A stretch of DNA of 64,000 bases from the sequence record OM386653.1. The stretch is one strand, 5' to 3'. The notes beneath the pieces were generated by a model that did no database searches, had not been told where the DNA came from, and saw only the letters and a list, made by a program, of their open reading frames with translations. Source of the DNA: Escherichia phage vB_EcoM_ESCO8. Below are positions 9,086 through 18,402 of this stretch, in pieces; position 1 is the stretch's first letter, and every line of letters starts with the position of its first letter. The translations under genes were made by a program, and so were the position numbers.

Positions 9086-9167
9086 TGGCCGGGGTGACAG
9101 GATTCGAACCTGCATACTCCAATTACTCGGTTAACGCCTGATTAGAAGTCAGGTGAGATACACCCCG
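9086..9167 (-). tRNA. Atypical tRNA-like gene (UCU-type anticodon hairpin, no canonical D arm)
   Basis: Perfect 7-bp acceptor and canonical T-arm TTCGAAT; internal hairpin CCTGA-CTTCTAA-TCAGG. Confidence 0.35.
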
Positions 9168-9178
9168 TTTTCATAACG

Positions 9179-9208
9179 ACTATAACAAAAAAACTAAGTA
9201 AATGTCAA
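9179..9208 (-). promoter_or_regulatory. Sigma70-like promoter candidate for tRNA array (TTGACA-N18-TATAGT)
   Basis: Read on reverse complement; -10 ends ~12 nt upstream of the first tRNA-like gene. Confidence 0.35.
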
Positions 9209-9224
9209 GACATTTTTTAGGTGT

Positions 9225-9310
9225 TGGTGCAAGTGGAGGGATTCGAACCCTCAATCATTTAAGCGTTGCGTTTTAAGCACAATGTGTATCACCAATTCCA
9301 CCACACTTGC
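9225..9310 (-). tRNA. tRNA-Leu(UAA), type II
   Basis: Perfect acceptor, T-loop TTCGAAT, anticodon loop CTTAAAA. Confidence 0.6.
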
Positions 9311-9341
9311 ATATAGGAGATGCATAGCACCTCCTTTTAAA

Positions 9342-9417
9342 TGGTGGTTCCCCAGGGTTACAATCCCTGCCCTCGACACTTATGAGGTGTGCGCTCTCGT
9401 CAGTGAGCTATGGAACC
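9342..9417 (-). tRNA. tRNA with CAU anticodon, non-canonical T-loop
   Basis: D-arm GCTC/GAGC, anticodon loop CTCATAA, T-loop ATTGTAA. Confidence 0.45.
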
Positions 9418-9424
9418 TTGAATA

Positions 9425-9691
9425 TTAAGCATACTGGGTCATTTCACCAGCTTCGCGTTTCTCCAGAAGAACTGCAATCAAAGCAATAGCTGCTTCTTCT
9501 TCGTGAGGAAGCCCCATTTCATCCAGAAGAGCAAGGAAGTCAATTACCAAACTTTCTGTTTTAAGGCTAACGCTACCATTTTCATTTTCAGTAAGAACTG
9601 ATTCAGGATCAAAAATAAAGATTGCTCCACCTTTATTATCAATCAATACGTGCTTCTCAATCAATTCTTTACCATAAGTCTTTTCTGTCAT
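9425..9691 (-). CDS. Hypothetical protein (88 aa)
   Basis: ORF track; AAGGAGA RBS. Confidence 0.55.
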   Translation of the reverse strand: MTEKTYGKELIEKHVLIDNKGGAIFIFDPESVLTENENGSVSLKTESLVIDFLALLDEMGLPHEEEAAIALIAVLLEKREAGEMTQYA

Positions 9692-9746
9692 AGTTTTCTC
9701 CTTTTGTTTAACTTGTGCTTATCTTAGCAAATAACTAGCTATGTTG

Positions 9747-9857
9747 TCAACTAGTTTTTACAATATTTTTTCTTGATCTGTAACCTAGTGTATAACCACA
9801 TACAAAAGATACAATAGCAATAAAAACAGATAAGCCAAAAATAATTTCTGTAGACAT
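9747..9857 (-). CDS. Small membrane protein (36 aa, one TM helix)
   Basis: Hand translation MSTEIIFGLSVFIAIVSFVCGYTLGYRSRKNIVKTS; AAGGA RBS. Confidence 0.35.
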   Translation of the reverse strand: MSTEIIFGLSVFIAIVSFVCGYTLGYRSRKNIVKTS

Positions 9858-9870
9858 ACTGTTTCCTTAA

Positions 9871-10092
9871 TTATGTGAAATCTAATTCCTCCTCTGGTGC
9901 TGTGTAATTTAGAAGAAGATCAGTTACACTTTGATGTTGATAAACCCTTTCGGGACTGTCGTCGAATGCCAAACTTGTACAAATCGAGCATAGATCCGAC
10001 TCTTGAATATTACCATTCCTGTCTCTACGGGAATGATTAGTCAAGTGTCTGTTACAGGCTCGGCAACGAAAATAAAAATTATGTTGTTTCAT
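9871..10092 (-). CDS. Small zinc-ribbon-like protein (CxxC...CxxC)
   Basis: ORF track; Cys pairs; GAAGGA RBS. Confidence 0.5.
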   Translation of the reverse strand: MKQHNFYFRCRACNRHLTNHSRRDRNGNIQESDLCSICTSLAFDDSPERVYQHQSVTDLLLNYTAPEEELDFT

Positions 10093-10163
10093 AAATCCTT
10101 CGTGAAGCCCATCCAGGGCAGTTGCAGGCTCTCCTTACCTTAATCTTATCACGAAGTTTTTAT

Positions 10164-11897
10164 TTAGTCAACCTGGATGGTTCCCATAGTACGAAGAACC
10201 TCTACATCAACACGGTTACGGATATCAGTAAATGTTTCATCACGTCCTTCTACTTGTGGTGTAATAACCGTACCATCTCTGAAGATAACTTGTAACTCAT
10301 TGTCTTCATCTTGGATATCTTTAAAAGAAAGATTATCCACAAGAGAAAGTTTACCATTTGTATCCTTAACAACCTTAATAAAACCTTTTGCAGAGCGTTT
10401 ACCAGGGTCAGTTTTAGGCTCTTTACTTACCAAAATTTCGTGTTCACCGATGATACTACCTGTTGCTTTAACAGCAAAACCAAAAGTATCTCGTGTATTG
10501 AACTGATAAGTATAACTACCAACACCAAATACAATATTGGAAGCTGCAAAACCTTTCTTCTTCAGTCGGCGTAAGATCTCGTGTTCTCGTTCAACAGTAA
10601 TAGAATCACCATAAATCATACCGATGTGCTGATCAAGAACCTTGTAGCCTTTTCGGTTGATAGTACCACCAAACACTTCCCAAAGGATTTGAATAGAACC
10701 TACTGCTTCACAATAAGGAATCTCATAAGTTTCATCAATACAATCAGCAACACTGCAATCCTGAAGAACATTGTAATACTTATTAACATCAGCCAAATGA
10801 ACTACTTCAGTGGCTGTAGCAATACCATTATTTAAAAGGTCTTCATAGTTAGCAAAAGATTCAACATTGTATCCTGCAACAACTTTAACCGGATCTCCTG
10901 AATCTGGACGAATAACAAGACGACCATTTCGTGACATAATGGATTCTTTCAATTCTACCAGAATGCGAGTCAAGACAGCCCAGTAATCATAAGAATCTGC
11001 TACATATGAACAAAAACCTTCTGGAACAATTTCTTCAATATAGCGGCGAAGAAACTCTTTCTCTGCTACATAACGAAGCCCATCAACATCATCTTTAAGA
11101 TGTGGGAAATGTTTCTTCAGATCTTCAACAATAGCTCCAATGTTAGTCGTTGCTACTGAATGTTCTGTTGCAGGAATAGAACCTGCAACAAACTGGTCAT
11201 AATCAATACCATAATAATCATGCACAGTTTCAATAGCCAGAATATTATCTGTTCCTGTGAAAGATGCCAAATGAGCGATACCACTCTTATAACCATCTTC
11301 GATATTACTTAAACCACGTAGGCTAAAATCATGACACTGGAAGTTAACGTGATCAATATTATCACACGTTGCCATCGCATATGCCATAGCAATACGCTTA
11401 TACTGAAAAGCTGCTGTAGCATTAGTCATTGTCTTCCAAGTTTCATCTGACAATAGTGTTTCCACATAGTTAGTTAACCAAAAGAATTTTTCTAAAGTAT
11501 TATGCACAGTAAACACAGGAACACCAATAGGACACAAAACACCTTCTGGCAGAGATCGAACTTCCAGCGGAAGATAACCTAAATCGTGCAATTCTCCCCA
11601 ACATTCAGCAGAAGGAGCAGAAGCACCTAATGCATTTTTAGACATACGATAAAATTTATTTACTGCTGCACTACGAGACATTTTAAAGAAGCTATCCCAC
11701 ATAGTTACAAGAGCATCAGTAACTGCTCGACGAATACCTAAAACAATTACACCACGTGCTTCACGATCTGCATAGTGTGCAAAGTTTTTATCATTACGAG
11801 GAGTTAAATTAGAGAAAATGAGTTTTGTATTTTGGTTGTACATCTGCTTGTGACCAGGCTTATACCAATCAGTAGCAAAAGGTGCAAAAATATTCAT
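10164..11897 (-). CDS. Nicotinamide phosphoribosyltransferase family protein (NAMPT/NadV-like; possibly Namat-type)
   Basis: 577 aa, NAMPT-like N-terminus and length; AAGGAGA RBS. Confidence 0.75.
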   Translation of the reverse strand: MNIFAPFATDWYKPGHKQMYNQNTKLIFSNLTPRNDKNFAHYADREARGVIVLGIRRAVTDALVTMWDSFFKMSRSAAVNKFYRMSKNALGASAPSAECWGELHDLGYLPLEVRSLPEGVLCPIGVPVFTVHNTLEKFFWLTNYVETLLSDETWKTMTNATAAFQYKRIAMAYAMATCDNIDHVNFQCHDFSLRGLSNIEDGYKSGIAHLASFTGTDNILAIETVHDYYGIDYDQFVAGSIPATEHSVATTNIGAIVEDLKKHFPHLKDDVDGLRYVAEKEFLRRYIEEIVPEGFCSYVADSYDYWAVLTRILVELKESIMSRNGRLVIRPDSGDPVKVVAGYNVESFANYEDLLNNGIATATEVVHLADVNKYYNVLQDCSVADCIDETYEIPYCEAVGSIQILWEVFGGTINRKGYKVLDQHIGMIYGDSITVEREHEILRRLKKKGFAASNIVFGVGSYTYQFNTRDTFGFAVKATGSIIGEHEILVSKEPKTDPGKRSAKGFIKVVKDTNGKLSLVDNLSFKDIQDEDNELQVIFRDGTVITPQVEGRDETFTDIRNRVDVEVLRTMGTIQVD

Positions 11898-11968
11898 AGT
11901 TATGTCTCCTTGTTTGTTAGTGTGGGAGTATCTTACTAAGCATACTCCCTATTGTCAACACTTATTAT

Positions 11969-12862
11969 TTAAAAATTCCACACGTATGGAGATACAATTT
12001 GTTGTTGCAAATCTGACTGATTCTTAACAAGAACACAGGAATCTTCTTGGATGTTATCTTCCCACACATTAAGAGAATGAATGCAGTCAAAGTGCTCACT
12101 TAACTCTTTAAGACCTTTAGAAAAGATACCGTGTGTAACATATAACTCAATCTTACCTGCGTTACGAGCACGTAGCACTTTAGCCAATTCAATAAAAGTT
12201 CTACCTCCGTCACAGATATCATCTACGATCATCAGGTTACGCTTATTGAAATCCTGTACAGAAATGTCTGTACGAACAATAGCACCTGTTGCAGTATCTC
12301 TAACCTTCTCTGCACAGAACACATCTAAAGACATTTTCTTAGATAATTTAAATATTTTCTTAAGAGCACCACCATCAGGACTAACAAGAGCAAAATTCTC
12401 CATACGTAACTTCCACTTTAAAGTTTCGTAAGCAATCTCTTCTTGAGGTATTACACAGAGTCTGTCAAACACTGCTGGAGTAACATCGCTATGTGGATCA
12501 GCAACGATAACACGTGAGAAATTTAATGAATTAATTATAGAAGCAAATGCTTTAACTCCGAATGCTTCCCCAGGTTCACACACTCTGTCTTGTCGTGCAT
12601 ATGGCACATACAGCATGAGTAAATCAACACAATATGGTTTATGATATAGCATATTGTCCAATGCATTCTTAGTCATAACCAAAGTCATCAAGTCTTTAGC
12701 AGATCTTACTTCTAAAGAGAGTAAGATTCTGTCTGTAGCATGATTGAAACCTGATAGATTCGTATCTAGTTGAACATGTTGTTCTCCACCAGAGAATGTA
12801 AAGACTTTAACGTCTACATCAGTAACATAACAGTCAACACCATGTAGAATACTAACTTTCAT
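11969..12862 (-). CDS. Ribose-phosphate pyrophosphokinase family protein (Prs-like; possibly Adps-type)
   Basis: 297 aa; VADPHS and DDICDGGRT motifs typical of PRPP synthetase; AAGGAGA RBS. Confidence 0.75.
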   Translation of the reverse strand: MKVSILHGVDCYVTDVDVKVFTFSGGEQHVQLDTNLSGFNHATDRILLSLEVRSAKDLMTLVMTKNALDNMLYHKPYCVDLLMLYVPYARQDRVCEPGEAFGVKAFASIINSLNFSRVIVADPHSDVTPAVFDRLCVIPQEEIAYETLKWKLRMENFALVSPDGGALKKIFKLSKKMSLDVFCAEKVRDTATGAIVRTDISVQDFNKRNLMIVDDICDGGRTFIELAKVLRARNAGKIELYVTHGIFSKGLKELSEHFDCIHSLNVWEDNIQEDSCVLVKNQSDLQQQIVSPYVWNF

Positions 12863-13271
12863 TGTTTATCTCCTTAGTTGAGTTAGGACTTTATGTTCTC
12901 TACTCTACATACAGATAGATCTAAAGTCAATAGATATTTATTATTTAATTAATAATAAAATTAATAAAGAATCTATTGTTAGTATAGAGTATGTATGTTA
13001 GTATTATAGACATAACATAGTGCTATATGTAGACTACTCAGTTGTCTGTTAGATCATGTATCACAAGATTAGATAACACCCCCTCGCTGCGCTCGGCGTT
13101 TTTCGGGGGTTAGGGTAGCATACTTTTTTGCGTTTGTCAACACCTTTTTGGATTATTTTTAAGTACAACCTAAACCTCCTAAAAACGATTGTAACGAGTT
13201 TTACTGTGAGGTAAGGTGATTGCATATCTTAAAGGCCATTAGCTCGTTACAGAGCCGTACAGGAGGGAATA

Positions 13272-13640
13272 ATGAGGGTCACACGTTACGTTAGAAGTGA
13301 AACAATAGATGGAGGCATAATGTATGCTTTCTACGATGATAAAACTTTTTGTTCTGCATTCTATGAAGAAGACTTGTCTACGGAATGGCAACAAATCATC
13401 TTCTTACTTGACATTTTGAAAAGAAGAGATAACTTTGAAGGTATTGAGTGGACAGTGGGAAGCAAAGTTATCATTCCAGGCTTAAGCAAACATGAGTTGC
13501 TTGACTTAGATTGCAAACTTTGTAATTATCAATTCTCAAAACGTTTACCATTAGAAAGACAGTTAGGAGTTGAGATTCATGTTGACTTGGGCGATGGAGT
13601 ATCCTATACTCTCAACAATCATAGTGCTGACGTTAATTAG
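13272..13640 (+). CDS. Hypothetical protein
   Basis: ORF track; AGGAGGG RBS. Confidence 0.5.
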   Translation: MRVTRYVRSETIDGGIMYAFYDDKTFCSAFYEEDLSTEWQQIIFLLDILKRRDNFEGIEWTVGSKVIIPGLSKHELLDLDCKLCNYQFSKRLPLERQLGVEIHVDLGDGVSYTLNNHSADVN

Positions 13641-13706
13641 TGGGATCACAAAGTGCGTCACAAGCATTTGCGATTGTTTAACACATTTTAAACAAAGGAA
13701 AAATAA

Positions 13707-13904
13707 ATGAATCAAACTATGCAAACAATCTATAGAGTAATTCTTGGTGAGTTCCATGTTGTTAAGTCAACATTGAATTATGAAGAAGCTAAAGAGAATT
13801 TCTTACTTTGGGTTGAAGCATTCTCTGAAGTTGAAAAGGTGAGTTACAATTGTGTAACTTTAACTGCTGATCACGTACCTGTATTGGAGTTTATTAAGAA
13901 ATGA
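13707..13904 (+). CDS. Hypothetical protein
   Basis: ORF track; RBS present. Confidence 0.45.
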   Translation: MNQTMQTIYRVILGEFHVVKSTLNYEEAKENFLLWVEAFSEVEKVSYNCVTLTADHVPVLEFIKK

Positions 13905-14140
13905 AAAAAGAAATTTTAACTGATGTAACATATTCTTGTATTAGCAAAGGCGGTTTATATCGTGTAGTTGGCTTCCCTAAACCAGCAGGTGTATCTAAAG
14001 TATTTGATCCTGTTGTGATCTACGAAGATGTAAGGACTGGTCAACAGTATTGGCGATTCCAGCAAGATTTCTTACACCGCATGGAGGTTGTTGATGGCGA
14101 AAACACCGAAGAAGCGATCCGTAACAAAGCACGCATCTAA
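13901..14140 (+). CDS. Hypothetical protein
   Basis: ORF track; start overlaps upstream stop. Confidence 0.45.
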   Translation: MKKEILTDVTYSCISKGGLYRVVGFPKPAGVSKVFDPVVIYEDVRTGQQYWRFQQDFLHRMEVVDGENTEEAIRNKARI

Positions 14141-14429
14141 AGATGGGGCGGCAAAAGCCGCTCCTAAGAAACAAAAATTTGACACAGAGGCTTTTGTCTT
14201 TGATACCCCAATAGAAAAGATAGAAGAAGCTCTTGCTAAATTTGAAGAACGTGATGCAGATCCTATGGCAGATCCTTTTACAGAGGATGAATTGTACTGG
14301 TTTGGCTGGTGGGTTTTGAATCTACCAGAAGCTAAAAAACGAGGAATGAAGTCAGTTCCTATTTGTGCAAAAGAATCGGCTGTGTTAGGTTTATACGAGA
14401 AGCCTAAAAGAAGGAGCAAAAAGAAATGA
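14094..14429 (+). CDS. Hypothetical basic protein
   Basis: ORF track 14088..14429 adjusted to ATG with GGAGG RBS. Confidence 0.45.
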   Translation: MAKTPKKRSVTKHASKDGAAKAAPKKQKFDTEAFVFDTPIEKIEEALAKFEERDADPMADPFTEDELYWFGWWVLNLPEAKKRGMKSVPICAKESAVLGLYEKPKRRSKKK

Positions 14430-14704
14430 GAAAAACTTATCTGAAGTGTTTGTCTGTTGTGCAAAATGAATGGTATTCAGGTTTGCTGACAGCAGGTAAG
14501 AAATATGAAGTGCTCAATAAACCAGGGGCAAGATTTTCATTAATTAAGAACGACGAAGGCACTGAAATGCTTATTTCAGTTGCAGATTCTGTGTATGGTA
14601 CTTTTGAGTTGGTCTATGAATATGTACCAATTATTCTTGAATACAGCGGTACAAACAAACCTTACACAGCTTTAGATGTGATCAACAACAAAAGGAATAA
14701 GTAA
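14426..14704 (+). CDS. Hypothetical protein
   Basis: ORF track; coupled start. Confidence 0.45.
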   Translation: MRKTYLKCLSVVQNEWYSGLLTAGKKYEVLNKPGARFSLIKNDEGTEMLISVADSVYGTFELVYEYVPIILEYSGTNKPYTALDVINNKRNK

Positions 14705-14898
14705 TGTTTCTTATTTATTCAGGTAAAGCCAAATACATGCAAGGTGTAAAGCGTGTAGAAGTAGCAGATACTGTAACTATAGGAAAATCCTTTATTCTTT
14801 ATTTGTTTTATATCAATGGAGAAAGATTTGCTGTTTCTAAGAAGTTGGTAGATAATGGTAAAACTTGGAAAGAAGAGAAACAGGAAGGGGGTAGATAG
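14704..14898 (+). CDS. Hypothetical protein
   Basis: ORF track. Confidence 0.4.
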   Translation: MFLIYSGKAKYMQGVKRVEVADTVTIGKSFILYLFYINGERFAVSKKLVDNGKTWKEEKQEGGR

Positions 14899-15239
14899 TG
14901 GCTAAAATTCTTTGGTTAGACGATTTAAGAGATCCTAAAGATTATGGTTATGAGGATGCCATTTGGTTAAAATCTTTTGAGGATTGGTTATCTTTTGTTT
15001 CAGATGAAGATAATTTCAATAATATCTCAGAGATACACTTCGATAATGATCTTGGAGAAGATCAAGAAGGATATCATGCGTTCTTAGACGTAGAATGTAT
15101 GTTGTACGCGGGTGAATGGGATGCTCTTAAAACTATCTATGTTCATACATCAAATCCTTCTGCTGCTGGTAAATATATGTTAGCTAAGGAAAATTTTATT
15201 TCATCCTATGGTGTTGAAATTAAACGTGTTAACTATTAA
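14898..15239 (+). CDS. Hypothetical protein (GTG start)
   Basis: ORF track. Confidence 0.45.
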   Translation: MAKILWLDDLRDPKDYGYEDAIWLKSFEDWLSFVSDEDNFNNISEIHFDNDLGEDQEGYHAFLDVECMLYAGEWDALKTIYVHTSNPSAAGKYMLAKENFISSYGVEIKRVNY

Positions 15240-15394
15240 GTAGGTATTATGCATTACTCAGTTTGGTCAGAGTAAGAAGAGGATGAAGGGCGTTTTATCT
15301 ATAAAGAGGAAGAAAACTGTAACGATATGAGTAATGATCTTTTACTTCCTGATTACAGTTTTTTCGCTGATAGATTAAAAGAGTACGGAGAAAA

Positions 15395-15757
15395 TTGATG
15401 TGCGCTACTAATCAACATGATATTTGTTACCAACCTCTTACTTGGATTGGTGAGGATCACTATGCTCAACGTGTTATAGTATGCGCTGCGAATAAGTATA
15501 TTCTTAACAATGGCGAAGAGTTAATTATTCCTTGTGTTAGGCATGCAAATCCTGTACTATCTGCACAACTTAATGTTTTAAAAGATGCAGGATTGATCGA
15601 TAAACTGTTTTGCTTACCTGATAATCAAGGGTTTATTGATCAGTATTATAACTGGTGGAGTCGCAAAGATGCTTATATCATTGCAGATAACGCCAAACAA
15701 ATTAACTACGAAAGAAATGGTCACAACAGTGAACTATTCAGCGAGGGATTATACTAA
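15395..15757 (+). CDS. Hypothetical protein
   Basis: ORF track; RBS present. Confidence 0.5.
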   Translation: MMCATNQHDICYQPLTWIGEDHYAQRVIVCAANKYILNNGEELIIPCVRHANPVLSAQLNVLKDAGLIDKLFCLPDNQGFIDQYYNWWSRKDAYIIADNAKQINYERNGHNSELFSEGLY

Positions 15758-16308
15758 TGTTTATTACAAGTGATTTGCATTTTATGCACAAACGTATCCG
15801 AGAGTTTGCTCCTGAATATCGCCCGTGGGAAGATATGGAGCATATGACAGAAGCACTGATCGAAGCATGGAATAAATGTGCCACAACACCAGGAGTAAAG
15901 ATGTACCATCTTGGGGACTTCTGTTTCGGGACTGAAGAAGATACCCGTAAGATTGCTTCCCGTCTCCAAGGAGATATTACTTACTGTGTTGGGAACCATG
16001 ATTACAGTAAACACAGAAAAGTGCTTGCAGAGTATGGAGAAGTGGTTTATTATGACGAAGTGAAATATCAGAAGCTGTTTTTCGTCTTAAGCCATTACCC
16101 TATGGCTGCCTGGAATAAACAAGGGCATGGATCAATCATGCTACACGGACACTCTCACGGATCATTCCCTGATCATTTGTATGGGAAAATGTTGGATGTT
16201 GGTTGGGACGCACACGGGAAAATCTTGCATTTTGACGAAATCATCTCTATTATGGATAAGCGTGATATTGTTGTTGTAGATCATCATAAGATAATCAAAG
16301 GAGATTAA
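15757..16308 (+). CDS. Calcineurin-like metallophosphoesterase
   Basis: Motifs DLHFMH, GDFCFG, GNHD, HGHSH. Confidence 0.7.
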   Translation: MFITSDLHFMHKRIREFAPEYRPWEDMEHMTEALIEAWNKCATTPGVKMYHLGDFCFGTEEDTRKIASRLQGDITYCVGNHDYSKHRKVLAEYGEVVYYDEVKYQKLFFVLSHYPMAAWNKQGHGSIMLHGHSHGSFPDHLYGKMLDVGWDAHGKILHFDEIISIMDKRDIVVVDHHKIIKGD

Positions 16309-16309
16309 G

Positions 16310-17242
16310 GTGGCTAAGTTCAATTGTGATGACCTGATTGCAAAAGGTTTAGTGCATAAAAAAGAAGTTAAATCTGGAGAGTATGCTGGTCTTGCTGTAC
16401 TTAAATACAAAAACAATGTATTCTGGGATAACTTGTGGAACGTTGACAAACGACTTCTAGATTGTCGTGGGTTGGTTGTTGACTCAGAAGACAATGTTGT
16501 TATTTGGCCTTTTACTAAAATCTTTAATCGTTTTGAGAATGGTACAGATCTTCCAGCAGACCAACTTGTAGATGCTGTCCGTAAAGTAAACGGTTTTATG
16601 GCATCTGTAGGTGTGTACAAAGGGAAACTTGTTGTATCAACAACAGGGAGCCTAGAATCAGATTTTGCAATTATGGCAAAGAACCGTATTGTTTCCGAGT
16701 GTGACGACATAGAGTATTTCATTAAGTGGACAGAAAGTGCAAAAGCAACTTTTCTTTTTGAAATCTGTGATCCTTCTGATCCACATATTGTCGAAGAAGA
16801 ACCAGGCGCATACTTAATTGGAGCAAGAATTCAAAATCTTGATGGGACAAGTTTCATGTTACCTGAAGGTGTTCTTGATGGGATTGCATCTGTTACAAAG
16901 TTTAAACGTCCTGAAGTTTATCCGATGATTAAATTTTCAGATGTTGTTGAAATGTCTAAACATTGTAGACACGAAGGCTTTGTTGTTCGTGAAACAAACT
17001 ACCCGTTTAACTTACTCTTAAAGATTAAGTCACCATACTATCTTGCTAAGAAGTTCCTTATGCGTGGTGGCAATAAGAAGTGGGATATGATTTGGGACAA
17101 CCCAAAAAATGCTAAAGAAATTGTTGACGAAGAATATTATACTTTGCTAGAATGGCTTCGAAATAATTTTACGAAGGTTCAGTGGGCTGCTCTAGATCCA
17201 CAAGAGCGACGTAAAGAAATAGAAAACTTCTTTGGAGGCTAA
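16310..17242 (+). CDS. RNA-ligase-like nucleotidyltransferase (GTG start)
   Basis: KxNG motif (RKVNGF); position between phosphoesterase and kinase. Confidence 0.55.
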   Translation: MAKFNCDDLIAKGLVHKKEVKSGEYAGLAVLKYKNNVFWDNLWNVDKRLLDCRGLVVDSEDNVVIWPFTKIFNRFENGTDLPADQLVDAVRKVNGFMASVGVYKGKLVVSTTGSLESDFAIMAKNRIVSECDDIEYFIKWTESAKATFLFEICDPSDPHIVEEEPGAYLIGARIQNLDGTSFMLPEGVLDGIASVTKFKRPEVYPMIKFSDVVEMSKHCRHEGFVVRETNYPFNLLLKIKSPYYLAKKFLMRGGNKKWDMIWDNPKNAKEIVDEEYYTLLEWLRNNFTKVQWAALDPQERRKEIENFFGG

Positions 17243-17647
17243 ATGAAACAACTTATCATTTTACGTGGTGTTTCAGGCGCAGGTAAATCTACAGTAGCAG
17301 AAATTATTTCTGAAGGTTATTGGCCTATCTGTGAGGCAGATCAATATCATTACACAGAAAACGGTGTTTACGATTGGAAGCCAGAAAATGTAGGTAAAGC
17401 ACACGCATGGTGTCAGAGTATTGTTCGTGATGCTATGGCATCTAATATTAAAAAGATTATTGTCTCTAACACTTCAACCACAGAGAAAGAACTTAAACCT
17501 TATTTTACTATTGCTGAAGAGTTTGGTTATCAAGTTATCTCTTTAGTTGTTGAAAATAGGCACGGTAACGACTCAATTCATGAGGTTCCACAACATATTC
17601 GTGATCAGCAAGAGAAACGTCTTCGCAGTTCACTTAAGCTACAATAA
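17243..17647 (+). CDS. P-loop polynucleotide-kinase-like protein
   Basis: Walker A GVSGAGKST near N-terminus; 134 aa. Confidence 0.65.
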   Translation: MKQLIILRGVSGAGKSTVAEIISEGYWPICEADQYHYTENGVYDWKPENVGKAHAWCQSIVRDAMASNIKKIIVSNTSTTEKELKPYFTIAEEFGYQVISLVVENRHGNDSIHEVPQHIRDQQEKRLRSSLKLQ

Positions 17648-17656
17648 GGAGAGTGT

Positions 17657-17977
17657 ATGGAAATTTATTCTGGTGAAGGTAAGTATTTTACAGTAGTCGA
17701 TAATGGTGAAATTATTATTTATCGCTACGGAAGTGAGTGGAGGAACGAGACAGGAGACGGCTATATCTTATCTTTGCTCAGTTTGATTAATGATCTTACG
17801 GAAGAACTTGAAGAAACAAAACGTTCATATGATGATCAAGTAGATTCATTAGAAAACATTATTTCAGATCTAAATGAAGAAGTTTCTTGTTTGAATGAAC
17901 AAGTTTCAGAGTTAACACTGGAATGTGAAGATTTAAATGATGTTATTGCAGATTTAAATGAACGTCTTAAGGATTAA
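17657..17977 (+). CDS. Hypothetical coiled-coil protein
   Basis: ORF track; heptad-like repeats. Confidence 0.45.
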   Translation: MEIYSGEGKYFTVVDNGEIIIYRYGSEWRNETGDGYILSLLSLINDLTEELEETKRSYDDQVDSLENIISDLNEEVSCLNEQVSELTLECEDLNDVIADLNERLKD

Positions 17978-17980
17978 TAT

Positions 17981-18205
17981 ATGAGCACAGCTATCTATGT
18001 TAAAGGTGTAAGCGAAGATCAACAAATGTTATTTTCATTTGGTGAGAATACTGAAATGGAAGATATGTTTAATGATATCCTTGATGCCCTTTCTTCGGAA
18101 GGGTTCACAATGATTACATACTTTATGGCAACATCTTCTGAATATGTTGATACAGATCTTGAAGATTTGATGGAAGAAATTCAAACTCTTGTGTATAATT
18201 GGTAA
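17981..18205 (+). CDS. Hypothetical acidic protein
   Basis: ORF track. Confidence 0.4.
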   Translation: MSTAIYVKGVSEDQQMLFSFGENTEMEDMFNDILDALSSEGFTMITYFMATSSEYVDTDLEDLMEEIQTLVYNW

Positions 18206-18402
18206 GGTTAACTATGACATTTATTGAAGAACTAACGAGAATTGCAAACGCGCCTAACAGTAGTGAAGATCCTTACTTTATGGTGGATGATTACACTGGT
18301 GGTAATATTGAGGATGCCTATGAACTAGGCAGACTACACGGTGAAATTGAAATGGCTAAATGGGTTCTTTCGCAACTGGAGGTTAAAGATGAAACAAACT
18401 AA
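18199..18402 (+). CDS. Hypothetical protein
   Basis: ORF track. Confidence 0.4.
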   Translation: MVRLTMTFIEELTRIANAPNSSEDPYFMVDDYTGGNIEDAYELGRLHGEIEMAKWVLSQLEVKDETN

